64,000 nucleotides of DNA, taken from contig JALRBQ010000082.1 in NCBI GenBank assembly GCA_023257655.1, positions 5,466 to 69,465 of the forward strand, given 5' to 3'. A program made the position numbers and the translations under genes. Of the stretch, positions 9,580 to 18,661 are shown in pieces. The DNA is from Pseudomonadales bacterium (GTDB lineage: Bacteria > Pseudomonadota > Gammaproteobacteria > Pseudomonadales > Pseudohongiellaceae). The first letter of the stretch is position 1. Every line of letters starts with the position of its first letter. Below the pieces are notes generated by a model. The model made no database searches, was not told the origin of the DNA, and worked only from the letters and a program-made list of their open reading frames with translations.

Positions 9580-10038
9580 ATGACGATCGCGAGATATTTT
9601 GAAGACTTTGAAGTAGGTGCAGTCCGCGAGTTCGGTGACTACCACGTCACCGAGGCCGAGATTCTCGAGTTTGCTGGCAAGTACGACCCGCAACCCTTTC
9701 ACCTGTCAGATGAGGCGGCGAAGAAGACGCTGTTCGGCGGCTTGTGCGCCTCCGGCTGGCATACGTGCAGCATGGTAATGCGAATGGTGGTGGACGCGAT
9801 GCCGCCGGGCGAAAATGGCGCACTGGGCTCGCCTGGTCTGGATGAATTGCGCTGGCTAAAACCGGTGTTTCCTGGCGACACGCTGCGTGTGAGGAGTACG
9901 GTGCTGGACAAGAAAGAGTCGCGCTCGCGACCTGATATGGGTTCGGTGTTCCTGCAGAACGAAGGCGTCAATCAAAAAGATGAAGTGGTCGTGCGCTTCA
10001 AGCCGATTGTGATGTATCGCAAGCATCCGCAAGGCTAG
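9580..10038 (+). CDS. MaoC-like (R)-hydratase / hot-dog fold dehydratase
   Basis: 152 aa. Typical N-terminus YFEDFEVG...EAEILEFAGKYDPQPFHLS...FGGLCASGWHT. Confidence 0.8.
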   Translation: MTIARYFEDFEVGAVREFGDYHVTEAEILEFAGKYDPQPFHLSDEAAKKTLFGGLCASGWHTCSMVMRMVVDAMPPGENGALGSPGLDELRWLKPVFPGDTLRVRSTVLDKKESRSRPDMGSVFLQNEGVNQKDEVVVRFKPIVMYRKHPQG

Positions 10039-10064
10039 CGGCACGCGCAAAGTTTCGGCGTTTG

Positions 10065-10313
10065 CTACTTCACGACGTGATCGAAACCCACCAGCCGCTG
10101 CAGAATCTTCTGAAATTCGTCTTCGCTGATGTCGATGTGTTCGCACACGCGACCATACAACATGATAGTGGGCACGTTGCGTCCTTTTAATTCTTCCTGC
10201 GTCTGCTTTAGCAAATACAAAATAATGCGCTCGGTCTTGTTAAGACCGTCGCGCACGTCGGGAAGAATGTCGAGAGGATCGTCGGGATTCATGGTCGGCT
10301 CAGAGTAAACCAC
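10065..10313 (-). CDS. Small (75-82 aa) protein resembling the N-terminal winged-helix segment of GyrA/ParC
   Basis: Contains [19 protein letters not shown]. Compare the GyrA consensus [19 protein letters not shown], recalled from memory. GTG start at 10313 or ATG at 10292; no clear SD for either. Confidence 0.5.
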   Translation of the reverse strand: [82 protein letters not shown]

Positions 10314-10340
10314 TCGTCAACGCTTTTCACCATTTCTTAT

Positions 10341-10484
10341 AGGACACCCAATTAAATTCCTCGCAAGTCGTTACAAGCTGCGCAAAATCTTAAAAATCTT
10401 AAAGGACACCCATGTAAGTCTTAATCGACTTAAAAGTCTTAAAGGACACCCATGTAAATCCGCGCTTCTGTTAAAGGACACCCA
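10341..10484 (+). repeat. Four direct copies of GGACACCCA(N2)TAA (10341, 10404, 10444, 10476)
   Basis: Read directly. Copies 2 and 3 sit in a 21-nt identical context, TCTTAAAGGACACCCATGTAA. The array is in the divergent intergenic region between 10065..10313(-) and 10581..11273(+). Confidence 0.85.
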
Positions 10485-10580
10485 CGTAATTTCAGTGGAG
10501 GCGGCAGAACAGTAGACAGAGACCGGTGGCAGCATTACCTTTTAGCCCTGAACTCATCCTAGCCACCTGAGACACACGCC

Positions 10581-11273
10581 ATGTCCCGTGATCACAAAAC
10601 TACTTTGACCGCACCGAGCCGCCTCACCAAATCCGGTCGGTTGAGCCGGAGACGCCTCCTGCAAGCGGCGGGAACCACGGCAGCGTTCCTGACAACGCCA
10701 AGCCTGCTGGCCCAGGCCATCCGGCCGCAATTCAAGCGTGTGCCCACCCAATACATCGCCGCTCTCGGCGCGAACGAGGCACATTCCGGCAACAATGCCG
10801 AGCAGTGGGGGTTGTGGCGCAAGGATCCGGGACCACGCGGTGTGCGTCTGCGGGACTTCGAGAAGTTGCAGGCACGCGGCGGCATTGCACCGGCGCAGTG
10901 GACATTCGACAGTGAAGATTGGTGGCTGGAGGAGAACGGCTTGATCATGGAGCAGCCGGAATTTCCGCTGCCGGCCGGACACTATCTCGTCACTGGCGGC
11001 CGCGAAGTCACGGCGATCCTGACGGTACAGCCACCGGCCAGCGGTGGCAGTCAGCACTGGCAACTCGACAGCAAGGCCTCGATTTATGACGTGACTCATC
11101 TGCGCTGCCGCTCGGGGCGGTACACCTCAGCGAAGGGAGCCGGAGCATGCACGCCGGCGCAGGCGAAGCAGGCCGACTTTCCGGTACGACCCGGCGCGGC
11201 GATGCCAGCGGTGGCCGACTGTGACAAGCAGGACTATGCGGTGTTCATTGTGACGGCGATCGCCGATCTGTAA
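10581..11273 (+). CDS. Tat-signal exported protein of unknown function
   Basis: N-terminus SRRRLLQAAGTTAAFLTTPSLLAQA. I recognise no family motif. Confidence 0.6.
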   Translation: MSRDHKTTLTAPSRLTKSGRLSRRRLLQAAGTTAAFLTTPSLLAQAIRPQFKRVPTQYIAALGANEAHSGNNAEQWGLWRKDPGPRGVRLRDFEKLQARGGIAPAQWTFDSEDWWLEENGLIMEQPEFPLPAGHYLVTGGREVTAILTVQPPASGGSQHWQLDSKASIYDVTHLRCRSGRYTSAKGAGACTPAQAKQADFPVRPGAAMPAVADCDKQDYAVFIVTAIADL

Positions 11274-11276
11274 TGA

Positions 11277-11456
11277 CTACCCCATAAAGTATCTAATGGC
11301 CTGCAACACCAGTGCGATGGCGATGAGAGGAATCAGCCAACGACTCATGCGCTGCATCTGCTCCGGTGTCATCTCCTTGCCGCGCTTCTCCAACAGCGGC
11401 AGCAGAATCGCCAGCACAGCGAATAACAGGACCAGAATCAGTAGCAAATTCAGCAT
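11277..11456 (-). CDS. Small two-helix membrane protein (59 aa), not in ORF track
   Basis: My translation: MLNLLLILVLLFAVLAILLPLLEKRGKEMTPEQMQRMSRWLIPLIAIALVLQAIRYFMG. GAGAGA lies 3 nt upstream of the ATG. The ORF begins 40 nt downstream of the stop of 11497..12546 on the same strand. Preferred over the low-complexity + strand ORF 11296..11478. Confidence 0.45.
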   Translation of the reverse strand: MLNLLLILVLLFAVLAILLPLLEKRGKEMTPEQMQRMSRWLIPLIAIALVLQAIRYFMG

Positions 11457-11496
11457 CGTCTCTCACACATCAATCTAATACGAACCTGACACCAGG

Positions 11497-12546
11497 CTAT
11501 TTCGCGTTCATCGCTTCCTGCTTCTCGAGACGACGCGCACCGGCAAGAATTCCCGGCATCGCGTAGTTGCCCTCGTGGCAGGCATATTCATACAAGCCGT
11601 CCTCGGTGGCATAGAAGCTGAGCTCCGCCGTCCAGGGTTGGCTGTAGAGGTTACTGTCGTCCACCGTGAACTGATAGAAGATCTCGTTCTCGGCATAGCG
11701 GCTGAAGCGCTCGGTGATGCGCCCGGCTTTCGTGATCGGCACCGAACTCTGGCTGAGCTGAATCGGATTGATGTTCACCGTCTCAACCACCAACTCGTCG
11801 TCTTCATACCAACCAACAGAATCGCCGATCCACTGCTCCAGCACCGCTGGCCGACGGTGGGCGCGCGCCTCTTCCGGTGAGTCGAAGATCGGAATAATCC
11901 GCGCATCGTGCACCATCTCTACCAGAATCATCACGTAGTCATCGGTCTGCACAAACTGGTAAGTGTTGTTATACAGCGCGCCCATCATGCCGGGACCGGC
12001 CTTATTGCCAAACCCCAGCAGGCAGCGCTCGGCATTGGGAATCGCCTCCGGGCCGCGGGTATCGCCGATGCCGGTGGCATAGCGCGAACCGAAGTTACGC
12101 CGCTCGAAATCGTAACGGGGATTCTCCAGCCGCGGCACCTGGCCGTCCTCGGGGTTGACGATATACGAGGTGCGATACTCGCCCTTCACCAGCGCCAGAT
12201 TCGAGCCGGGGTCCACCCAGAAATTGTTATAGGCGCGCACACCGAAATCCTCGGCGGCAGCGTCCGGTGTGTCGTTCACACCATCGCCTTCATCGAAGCC
12301 ACCTTCAATGCCCCCGATCGGTGTCTGTGCGGCCAGAATTCGTGCCTGTTCCGGTGACACAACCAAAGTGTCGACGCCGGCGCGTCGGGACAGGGGGGTC
12401 AATGAGGCATTGGTCCAGATACCTTCCAGGTCCGGCCGTTTACCGGTCTGGGCCAGGGCGGCGCCGCTTGCCAGGCTCGCACAGGCAAGGGCTGTGCAGA
12501 CAAGCAGGGATCGAAGCGGAGCGGTCTCGCGAGCAGGGCGTAGCAT
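11497..12546 (-). CDS. Exported protein of unknown function (CHEGN-motif family, copy B)
   Basis: Start trimmed to ATG 12546 (GGGAGA SD; signal MLRPARETAPLRSLLVCTALACASLASGAALAQ). Motif blocks shared with 8336..9364. Confidence 0.75.
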   Translation of the reverse strand: MLRPARETAPLRSLLVCTALACASLASGAALAQTGKRPDLEGIWTNASLTPLSRRAGVDTLVVSPEQARILAAQTPIGGIEGGFDEGDGVNDTPDAAAEDFGVRAYNNFWVDPGSNLALVKGEYRTSYIVNPEDGQVPRLENPRYDFERRNFGSRYATGIGDTRGPEAIPNAERCLLGFGNKAGPGMMGALYNNTYQFVQTDDYVMILVEMVHDARIIPIFDSPEEARAHRRPAVLEQWIGDSVGWYEDDELVVETVNINPIQLSQSSVPITKAGRITERFSRYAENEIFYQFTVDDSNLYSQPWTAELSFYATEDGLYEYACHEGNYAMPGILAGARRLEKQEAMNAK

Positions 12547-12757
12547 GGGTAATCTCCCGGGATGAACTGTTGGTTTTATGGGTACAAACCTTAAGCCTGT
12601 TAGGCTCAGGAGTAAACTGCAGACGAGGAATTCTTCACCGCCAAAGCCCCTGTAACAAGAGCGTGAGAGAAGCTCAGTCCGGCGGGTATAATCCTCCCCA
12701 AGCCCCAACATTTATTGTAGGTTAGCTCCTAACCGAATCAATTGGCTGGAAATCTGC

Positions 12758-14053
12758 ATGAGCCATCCGAACTACCAACTCGACTGCGGCTGGAATGCCT
12801 TGCTGGCGCCCCGAGTCCCGCGACCCGCGTTACAACAAGACCTCGATACCGATGTGGCGATCATCGGTGCCGGCTGGACCGGCATCGCTGCCGCCCGGCG
12901 CTGGCAGGAATTGTCCCCCGGAGATTCAGTCACACTACTCGATTCCAGCGAGATCGGCGAAGGCAATCCGGGGCGCAATTCCGGGTTTCTGTTGTCCATC
13001 GCCCTGGCCGAGGACGCGAATCCGAGTCAACTTGAGCGCATGGCCCTGTGCAATCGGCTCACCGGCGACACGATGGCGCAGATTATGGCTGACGTTGAGC
13101 GTTACTGTGCGCAGACTGGCGAGACGGTGGATCTGCAGCGCACAGGGACCTACCGTGCTGCCGCCAGCAGTGCTGGTTTGAGGTCTCTCAACAACTACCG
13201 GGCCTTTCTGCAAGCAGCCGGGCTGCCCTTCACCGAACTCGATCGCAACGCGCTGCGGGAGAGACTCGGCAGCAACTTCTACGCCGAAGGCCTATATTCC
13301 CCCGACTGCTATCTGGCCCAGCCGGCGGCCGTTATCCGCGCCCTCGCGGCACAACTTTCAAAGGACACCCAATTATTTGAGAACACGCCGGCACTCGAGA
13401 TCACCCGAGTTGGACAGCGTTGGCGCGTCAAGACCCCAGGCGGCCATGTCAGCTGCCGGCAACTCATCCTCGCCAACAACGCATTCGCCAAGGATCTCGG
13501 TATCGGTGGCTCGCGCCTGGTGGCTATGTACACCTTCGCCGGACTCACCCCGCCATTGGCAGCGGCGCAACTGGATGCGCTCGGCACCGACGCGAATTGG
13601 GGACTGTTGCCGACCCACCGACTCGGCAGCACCCTGCGTCGCACTGTCGATGGCCGCTTCATGATTCGCTCGATGCACAGCTATGAGAAGGAATTACCTC
13701 GCGCGCACATTGAAACCGAATTGGCGCGACGGCTGAACAGTCGCTTCCCCAGTTTGCGACAAACCGGTTTCGACAAGGTGTGGGGTGGAGCGGTGGGCTT
13801 CACCTATAACGGCGGGGCCCTGTGGGGCGAGGTCAAACCGAATCTGCATATCTCCGCCGGCTGCAATGGTGGCGGTACGGTGAAGGGTACGTTACTGGGC
13901 AGGCTGCTTGTCGACAAAGCGCATGGCCTGGACGTGCCAGATGTCCCCAGATTATTCGGCAGAGCCAGCTGGATGCCGCCGGAACCCTTGCGTGTCATCG
14001 GCTTCAAATTTGCCTCGACACTGGAGAGCTGGCAGGGACGTCACGAACTGTAG
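12758..14053 (+). CDS. FAD-dependent oxidoreductase (DAO / gamma-glutamylputrescine-oxidase-like)
   Basis: Rossmann motif DVAIIGAGWTGIAAA near the N-terminus. 431 aa. Confidence 0.75.
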   Translation: MSHPNYQLDCGWNALLAPRVPRPALQQDLDTDVAIIGAGWTGIAAARRWQELSPGDSVTLLDSSEIGEGNPGRNSGFLLSIALAEDANPSQLERMALCNRLTGDTMAQIMADVERYCAQTGETVDLQRTGTYRAAASSAGLRSLNNYRAFLQAAGLPFTELDRNALRERLGSNFYAEGLYSPDCYLAQPAAVIRALAAQLSKDTQLFENTPALEITRVGQRWRVKTPGGHVSCRQLILANNAFAKDLGIGGSRLVAMYTFAGLTPPLAAAQLDALGTDANWGLLPTHRLGSTLRRTVDGRFMIRSMHSYEKELPRAHIETELARRLNSRFPSLRQTGFDKVWGGAVGFTYNGGALWGEVKPNLHISAGCNGGGTVKGTLLGRLLVDKAHGLDVPDVPRLFGRASWMPPEPLRVIGFKFASTLESWQGRHEL

Positions 14054-14096
14054 CTCTAATATGAAGCACTAATAAAAATGAGAAGAAGGAGTCTCC

Positions 14097-15503
14097 GTGG
14101 AACCCACTGACTATATCGGACCGCTATCGCTAATTCCCGCGACCGTCGCCATTGCGCTTGCCTTCATCACACGCAATACGGTGTTCTCCCTGGCAGTGGC
14201 CTGTCTCGCCGGTGTGCTGGTAGCAGGTCAGGGCTTCATGGGCTTTCCCAATTTGCTCGTCGGTGCTCTCGGCAACGAAAGTTTCTCATGGATTCTTCTG
14301 CTGGAATTTTTCATCGGCATTCTCATCGCCTTCTTCCAGCGCACCGGTGCGATCCATAATTTTTCGCTGTTCATCGAGCGCCGCAAGATGACGCGCAAGC
14401 GCGTGCAACTCATCGCCTGGGTCATGGGCATGTTCGTGTATTTCAGCGACTACTTCAGTCCATTGTTTGTTGGCTCGACCATGCGCGCGTTGTCGGACCG
14501 CTTCAAAATCTCGCGGGAAAAACTTGCCTATATCTGCGATTCCACCTCCGCACCGGTGAGCATCCTGGTGCCAATCACCGGCTGGGCAGCGCTGGTATCA
14601 GGGCTAACCATCGGGATGGGTCCCATCGAGAACGCCGGCCAGGCTCTAAGAACCTTCATCTACTCCATCCCCTTCAACATCTACTCCATTCTCGCCGTGG
14701 CGATGGTAGGCCTGATTGCCAGTGGTGTGCTGAAAGACTTCGGTCCCATGAAGACCGCCGAAGAGCGAGCTTTGAATGAGGGCAAGGTCGTCGGCGATGG
14801 CGCCCAACCGTTGATGGCACAGGAGTTGACTGGCATCGAGTCTTTCACGGGCATCCGGACCAGCTTGTTCTGGAATTTTCTGTTTCCGGTGTTCGTCGTG
14901 ATCAGCTTCGTCATCAGCGCGGTGGTCGTGCTTGGCAGTGCTAAACCGATGGAGGCCTTTATGTTGGCGGCCATCGTGTCTGGCATTGTGATGCGCATCC
15001 AGGGAGTGCCGCTGAATGAGATCACGAACACCGCCATGCTCGGCATCAAGGGCATCATGCCGGCGGTTGTCATTCTCGCTTTCGCCTATGCGTTGAATGA
15101 ACTGTCGGCCGCGCTCAATACCGCCGACTACATCATCTCTGCCACCGAGTCGTGGATGACCCCGAGTCTGTTGCCCATGCTCGCGTTCCTCATCACCGGC
15201 ATCATCGCCTTTTCGACGGGCACATCCTGGGGCACTTATGCCATCATGATTCCCATTGCTGTGCCGCTGGCGTTCGCCTTTTCGGGCAACGAGCTGAACA
15301 CAGTGGTCTATGCCACGATCGCCGCCGTGTCAGGCGGCGGCGTGTTCGGCGATCACTGCTCGCCGCTTTCCGATACCTCAATTCTCGCCTCCACTGGCGC
15401 GGCCAGTGATCACATCGACCATGTCAAAACCCAGCTCCCTTATGCCGCTCTCATCGCGTGTATCAGTGTCGTGGTGTATTTGCTGGTGGGTTGGATGCTC
15501 TAG
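14097..15503 (+). CDS. NhaC-family Na+/H+ antiporter-like transporter
   Basis: 468 aa, polytopic and hydrophobic throughout. GTG start after AGAAGGAG. The family call is from overall pattern and is moderately confident. Confidence 0.65.
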   Translation: MEPTDYIGPLSLIPATVAIALAFITRNTVFSLAVACLAGVLVAGQGFMGFPNLLVGALGNESFSWILLLEFFIGILIAFFQRTGAIHNFSLFIERRKMTRKRVQLIAWVMGMFVYFSDYFSPLFVGSTMRALSDRFKISREKLAYICDSTSAPVSILVPITGWAALVSGLTIGMGPIENAGQALRTFIYSIPFNIYSILAVAMVGLIASGVLKDFGPMKTAEERALNEGKVVGDGAQPLMAQELTGIESFTGIRTSLFWNFLFPVFVVISFVISAVVVLGSAKPMEAFMLAAIVSGIVMRIQGVPLNEITNTAMLGIKGIMPAVVILAFAYALNELSAALNTADYIISATESWMTPSLLPMLAFLITGIIAFSTGTSWGTYAIMIPIAVPLAFAFSGNELNTVVYATIAAVSGGGVFGDHCSPLSDTSILASTGAASDHIDHVKTQLPYAALIACISVVVYLLVGWML

Positions 15504-15608
15504 CTTGCAGGCCGGGGGATTGTTTCTCCCGGCTTTTATGACAAGGATCAACACCCGGCCACGAGTGACCTCCTATAGTTGAATCGTTCAATCAAGGAGA
15601 GCTTTGTT

Positions 15609-16070
15609 ATGACCCACAGCCTGCATCGTGGCGCATTCCCCGCGTTAGTTCTGTCGCTTGCCTTTTCAGCCGTTGCAACCCTGTCGGCCTGTAGCAGTTC
15701 CGACGACAGCTTCCCCCGCATCGCCAATCCACCGAACTTCGATTTCGCCGATGGCGACGAGCTACGCTCCGGCATGCACCAGCTTGCCTTCGAATTGCAG
15801 AAACTGGATATGTCTTTGCTCACCGCCGACGACAGCAACCCGGTGTTTCAGCAAGGCGTAGTGACGAGTCTTAACAACATCGAACGCATCGCCGGACGAC
15901 TACGATCAGGGGACATCAGTGCGCGCCATCCGTTTCTCAGAGATGACATGGACAGGTTTCTCTCCAACGTGCGCCGTGCGCGTGAGGAAGCGGCGCGTAG
16001 CGCGCCCCGCTACTACATGGCGGGCCGGGTGTCCGGAGGCTGTGTGAGCTGCCATCGCGCGAATGAATAG
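15609..16070 (+). CDS. Lipoprotein with C-terminal CxxCH, class II (cytochrome c'-like) cytochrome c
   Basis: ATG 15609 after AAGGAGAG. Lipobox LSAC. Single haem site CVSCH seven residues from the C-terminus. Mature size about 125 aa, as in class II cytochromes c. Confidence 0.55.
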   Translation: MTHSLHRGAFPALVLSLAFSAVATLSACSSSDDSFPRIANPPNFDFADGDELRSGMHQLAFELQKLDMSLLTADDSNPVFQQGVVTSLNNIERIAGRLRSGDISARHPFLRDDMDRFLSNVRRAREEAARSAPRYYMAGRVSGGCVSCHRANE

Positions 16071-16121
16071 GCAACACGAAGCGAACTAACGGGGTTTTAT
16101 CAAGAAGTGAAATGTGCGCGG

Positions 16122-17129
16122 TTACTGATGTTCGCGCACAAACTTCTCGATAGCGGCAATCGCCTTCGGCGCGCGGCCGAGGTCGCAGTGGTCAACTCCC
16201 TCCACTTCGAGAAACTGTGCGTTAGGAATCAAACTCGCCATCGCGCGCCCCATTCGCACAGTGATGGCCAGATCGCCGCTGAAGTGAATGACCAGCGTTG
16301 GGCAGTTGATCTGTGGCAGAAGGGGACGCACATCCAGCACCTTCATGTAATTCACAATCTGTCCCATAGAGCGTTTGTCAGACAATAATTTCTCAGCGCC
16401 CTGATACACCTCATTATTCATCACGTCGCGTGAGATGCTGGGAAAAAAGATATCGCGCGTACGTCCAGTACCCCACTCCTCGACGAGCCGATTGAGGGTC
16501 TTCTCGGACATGCCCACCGGGTAACTCTCATCACGCAGGAAACGCGCGGTAGTGCCGAGCAGAATCAGGCCCTTGATCCGGTCGGGGTTCTCGACGGCAT
16601 ACTGCACACTCATGGGCCCGCCCTCGGAAATGCCCATCAGGAATAACTTGTCCAGCCCATTGGCGGTCACCACCGCGTCGATATCCCGTACGCGCTGCTC
16701 CAGGGTAGCGGCGTCCATCGTCGGATCGGACAGGCCCTGGCCGCGCTTGTCGAAATTGATCACCTTCGCGAATCGGCCGAGTCGGCGCATGCTGTCACGC
16801 AACGGTGGCAAATTGGCAGAGACGTGCAGGTTGGAGATGATGCCCGGTGCCACGAGAATGGAGTCCTTACCTTTGTCCTGCACAGTGTAGGCGATCTTGA
16901 GTCCGTCGACGGAGGCAAATTGAATGGGGTAGGGCGAGGGCTTGGTCAGGCTCTTGAGGGTGATGACTTCCTGGCTTGCAGTGTCCCCGCGCTGATGCCA
17001 ACGCCCCTTGAGCGCCTTCAACGCGGTGAACAGAAAGCCGAGAAAGACCAGAATAGCGGCGAGTCCATTCAGCAAGGACTCGTTCGCTGAGATCCACGTC
17101 GAGACTGACTCGAAAAATTGCATCGGCAT
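16122..17129 (-). CDS. Membrane-anchored alpha/beta hydrolase
   Basis: N-terminal TM LNGLAAILVFLGFLFTAL. Nucleophile elbow GISEGG. C-terminal His region. Confidence 0.75.
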   Translation of the reverse strand: MPMQFFESVSTWISANESLLNGLAAILVFLGFLFTALKALKGRWHQRGDTASQEVITLKSLTKPSPYPIQFASVDGLKIAYTVQDKGKDSILVAPGIISNLHVSANLPPLRDSMRRLGRFAKVINFDKRGQGLSDPTMDAATLEQRVRDIDAVVTANGLDKLFLMGISEGGPMSVQYAVENPDRIKGLILLGTTARFLRDESYPVGMSEKTLNRLVEEWGTGRTRDIFFPSISRDVMNNEVYQGAEKLLSDKRSMGQIVNYMKVLDVRPLLPQINCPTLVIHFSGDLAITVRMGRAMASLIPNAQFLEVEGVDHCDLGRAPKAIAAIEKFVREHQ

Positions 17130-17351
17130 CCCTTTGTTGTGTTACAGGGCGTTGTTGTTGCTGCCTGCTATAGGCGAGCGTGCGCCAAAGTGACAGGCCT
17201 TGTTCCAGCAAAAGCCGACTACCGCGCAAACGGCTTTAACCAGCGACACGGTGAATAGAGGCAGAAGCCTGCTTGTCACTCCGAAAAGCGTGGGCTGTGT
17301 CCTTCAAACAATGGTTTAATGTCGCCATCGTCCAAGGGGGGGGAGAAGGCC

Positions 17352-18521
17352 ATGAATGCGCTGCGAAAAGTTGGTATTTTTTCAAAACTGGTGCTGGGTT
17401 TGCTGTCAGGCGTGTTGCTGAGCGTCCAGAATCTCCAGGCCCAGGATGACGACTTCGTCTTCTATTCCGAACTGGCCGAGAACTGGTACCGCGGCGGCAG
17501 CTATTTCGAGTGGACCTCGACCACAGCCGATAACAATGGCGCGTCAGTGAGCGTGTTCTACCGCACCTTCGGCGACGCCGACAAACCCAAGCTGCTGCTC
17601 ATCCATGGCTTCCCGAATTCCAGTTTCGATTTCTACAAGCTGGTTCCACTGCTGGAAGCCGACTACTACATCGCCGTGCTGGATTTCCCGGGTTCCGGTT
17701 TCTCCGACAAACCAGCCGATGGCTTCTCCTACATGCTCGCGGAGAATGCCGAGATCGCCGACTACTTTGTGCGCGAGGTCGTGCACTTCGATGACTTCGC
17801 CCTGTACACGCACGATCGCGGTGTCAGCATCGGGCTCGCGTTTCTCGGTAACTATCTCGACAACTATCTAGATAGCCCCGCGCCGGCCTACACGATCAAC
17901 TACCACTTCCTCTCCAACAGCGGCATGTTCCTGCCGCTGGCGACCCTGTCACCGTTTCAACTGGCCCTGCTCGATGCCGAGCGTGGCCCGCAGCTCATCA
18001 ACCAGCGCAGCGCGCTGCCGCGTCTGACCAGTGGTGACCCGGAGGCCGTTGCTTACTCCGACATCACCGCGTTCAATAACGGCACCGCCGCGCTGTTGCA
18101 TGTCGGGCGCTATCTGCTGGAGCGCGCCGCCAACGAAGTCAGGTGGTTGGAGAATCTGCCCCGCAGTCCGATTCCCGTGGCTTATCTGTGGGGGCTTGCC
18201 GATGGCGTCAATCCGGTCCGCATCGCCACCCACGTATGGTCGACCTATCTCGATGAACGCGACGCGCCCGGCAGCTTCTGGTTGCTGCCATTGGCAGCGC
18301 ATTATCCCCAGCGCGAGAGTCCCGAGGCCGTGGCGAAGGTCGTGCGCTTGGCACTGAGCGGTCAATTACCCGACCGGGAAGACGAAGCGGACTTCATGCG
18401 CGAATACGGCAATCGCCGGGCGCCCGACGAGGCGGTCTATGTCGGCCATTCCCGTATTGAGCCGCTGGCGTTTCCGAGTTCTATCGAATACACCCCCTCG
18501 GGCTATCGCATAATCCCGTAA
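17352..18521 (+). CDS. Exported alpha/beta hydrolase, epoxide-hydrolase/haloalkane-dehalogenase-like
   Basis: ATG 17352 after GGAGAAGG. HGFP oxyanion motif (LLLIHGFPNSSFDF). Asp nucleophile context YTHDRGVSIG. Confidence 0.7.
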   Translation: MNALRKVGIFSKLVLGLLSGVLLSVQNLQAQDDDFVFYSELAENWYRGGSYFEWTSTTADNNGASVSVFYRTFGDADKPKLLLIHGFPNSSFDFYKLVPLLEADYYIAVLDFPGSGFSDKPADGFSYMLAENAEIADYFVREVVHFDDFALYTHDRGVSIGLAFLGNYLDNYLDSPAPAYTINYHFLSNSGMFLPLATLSPFQLALLDAERGPQLINQRSALPRLTSGDPEAVAYSDITAFNNGTAALLHVGRYLLERAANEVRWLENLPRSPIPVAYLWGLADGVNPVRIATHVWSTYLDERDAPGSFWLLPLAAHYPQRESPEAVAKVVRLALSGQLPDREDEADFMREYGNRRAPDEAVYVGHSRIEPLAFPSSIEYTPSGYRIIP

Positions 18522-18661
18522 GTCGGCTGGTCTGAACCCCGGTTTTCCGCGTAGTCTGTCAAAAAAAGTCACAATTTCAGGCAGCGTTATTGTGTCGCTG
18601 CGTGCGCGCACCCGGCATACTCTGCGACTTTACGTTCTGGCAATTCAAGGTAATCAGAAGC

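Noticed and set aside
11296-11478. Track ORF, 60 aa, + strand (MACNTSAMAMRGISQRLMRC...).
   Set aside because: No SD and an odd composition. The opposite strand encodes a cleaner 59-aa two-helix membrane ORF with an SD-like GAGAGA, co-oriented with the upstream gene.
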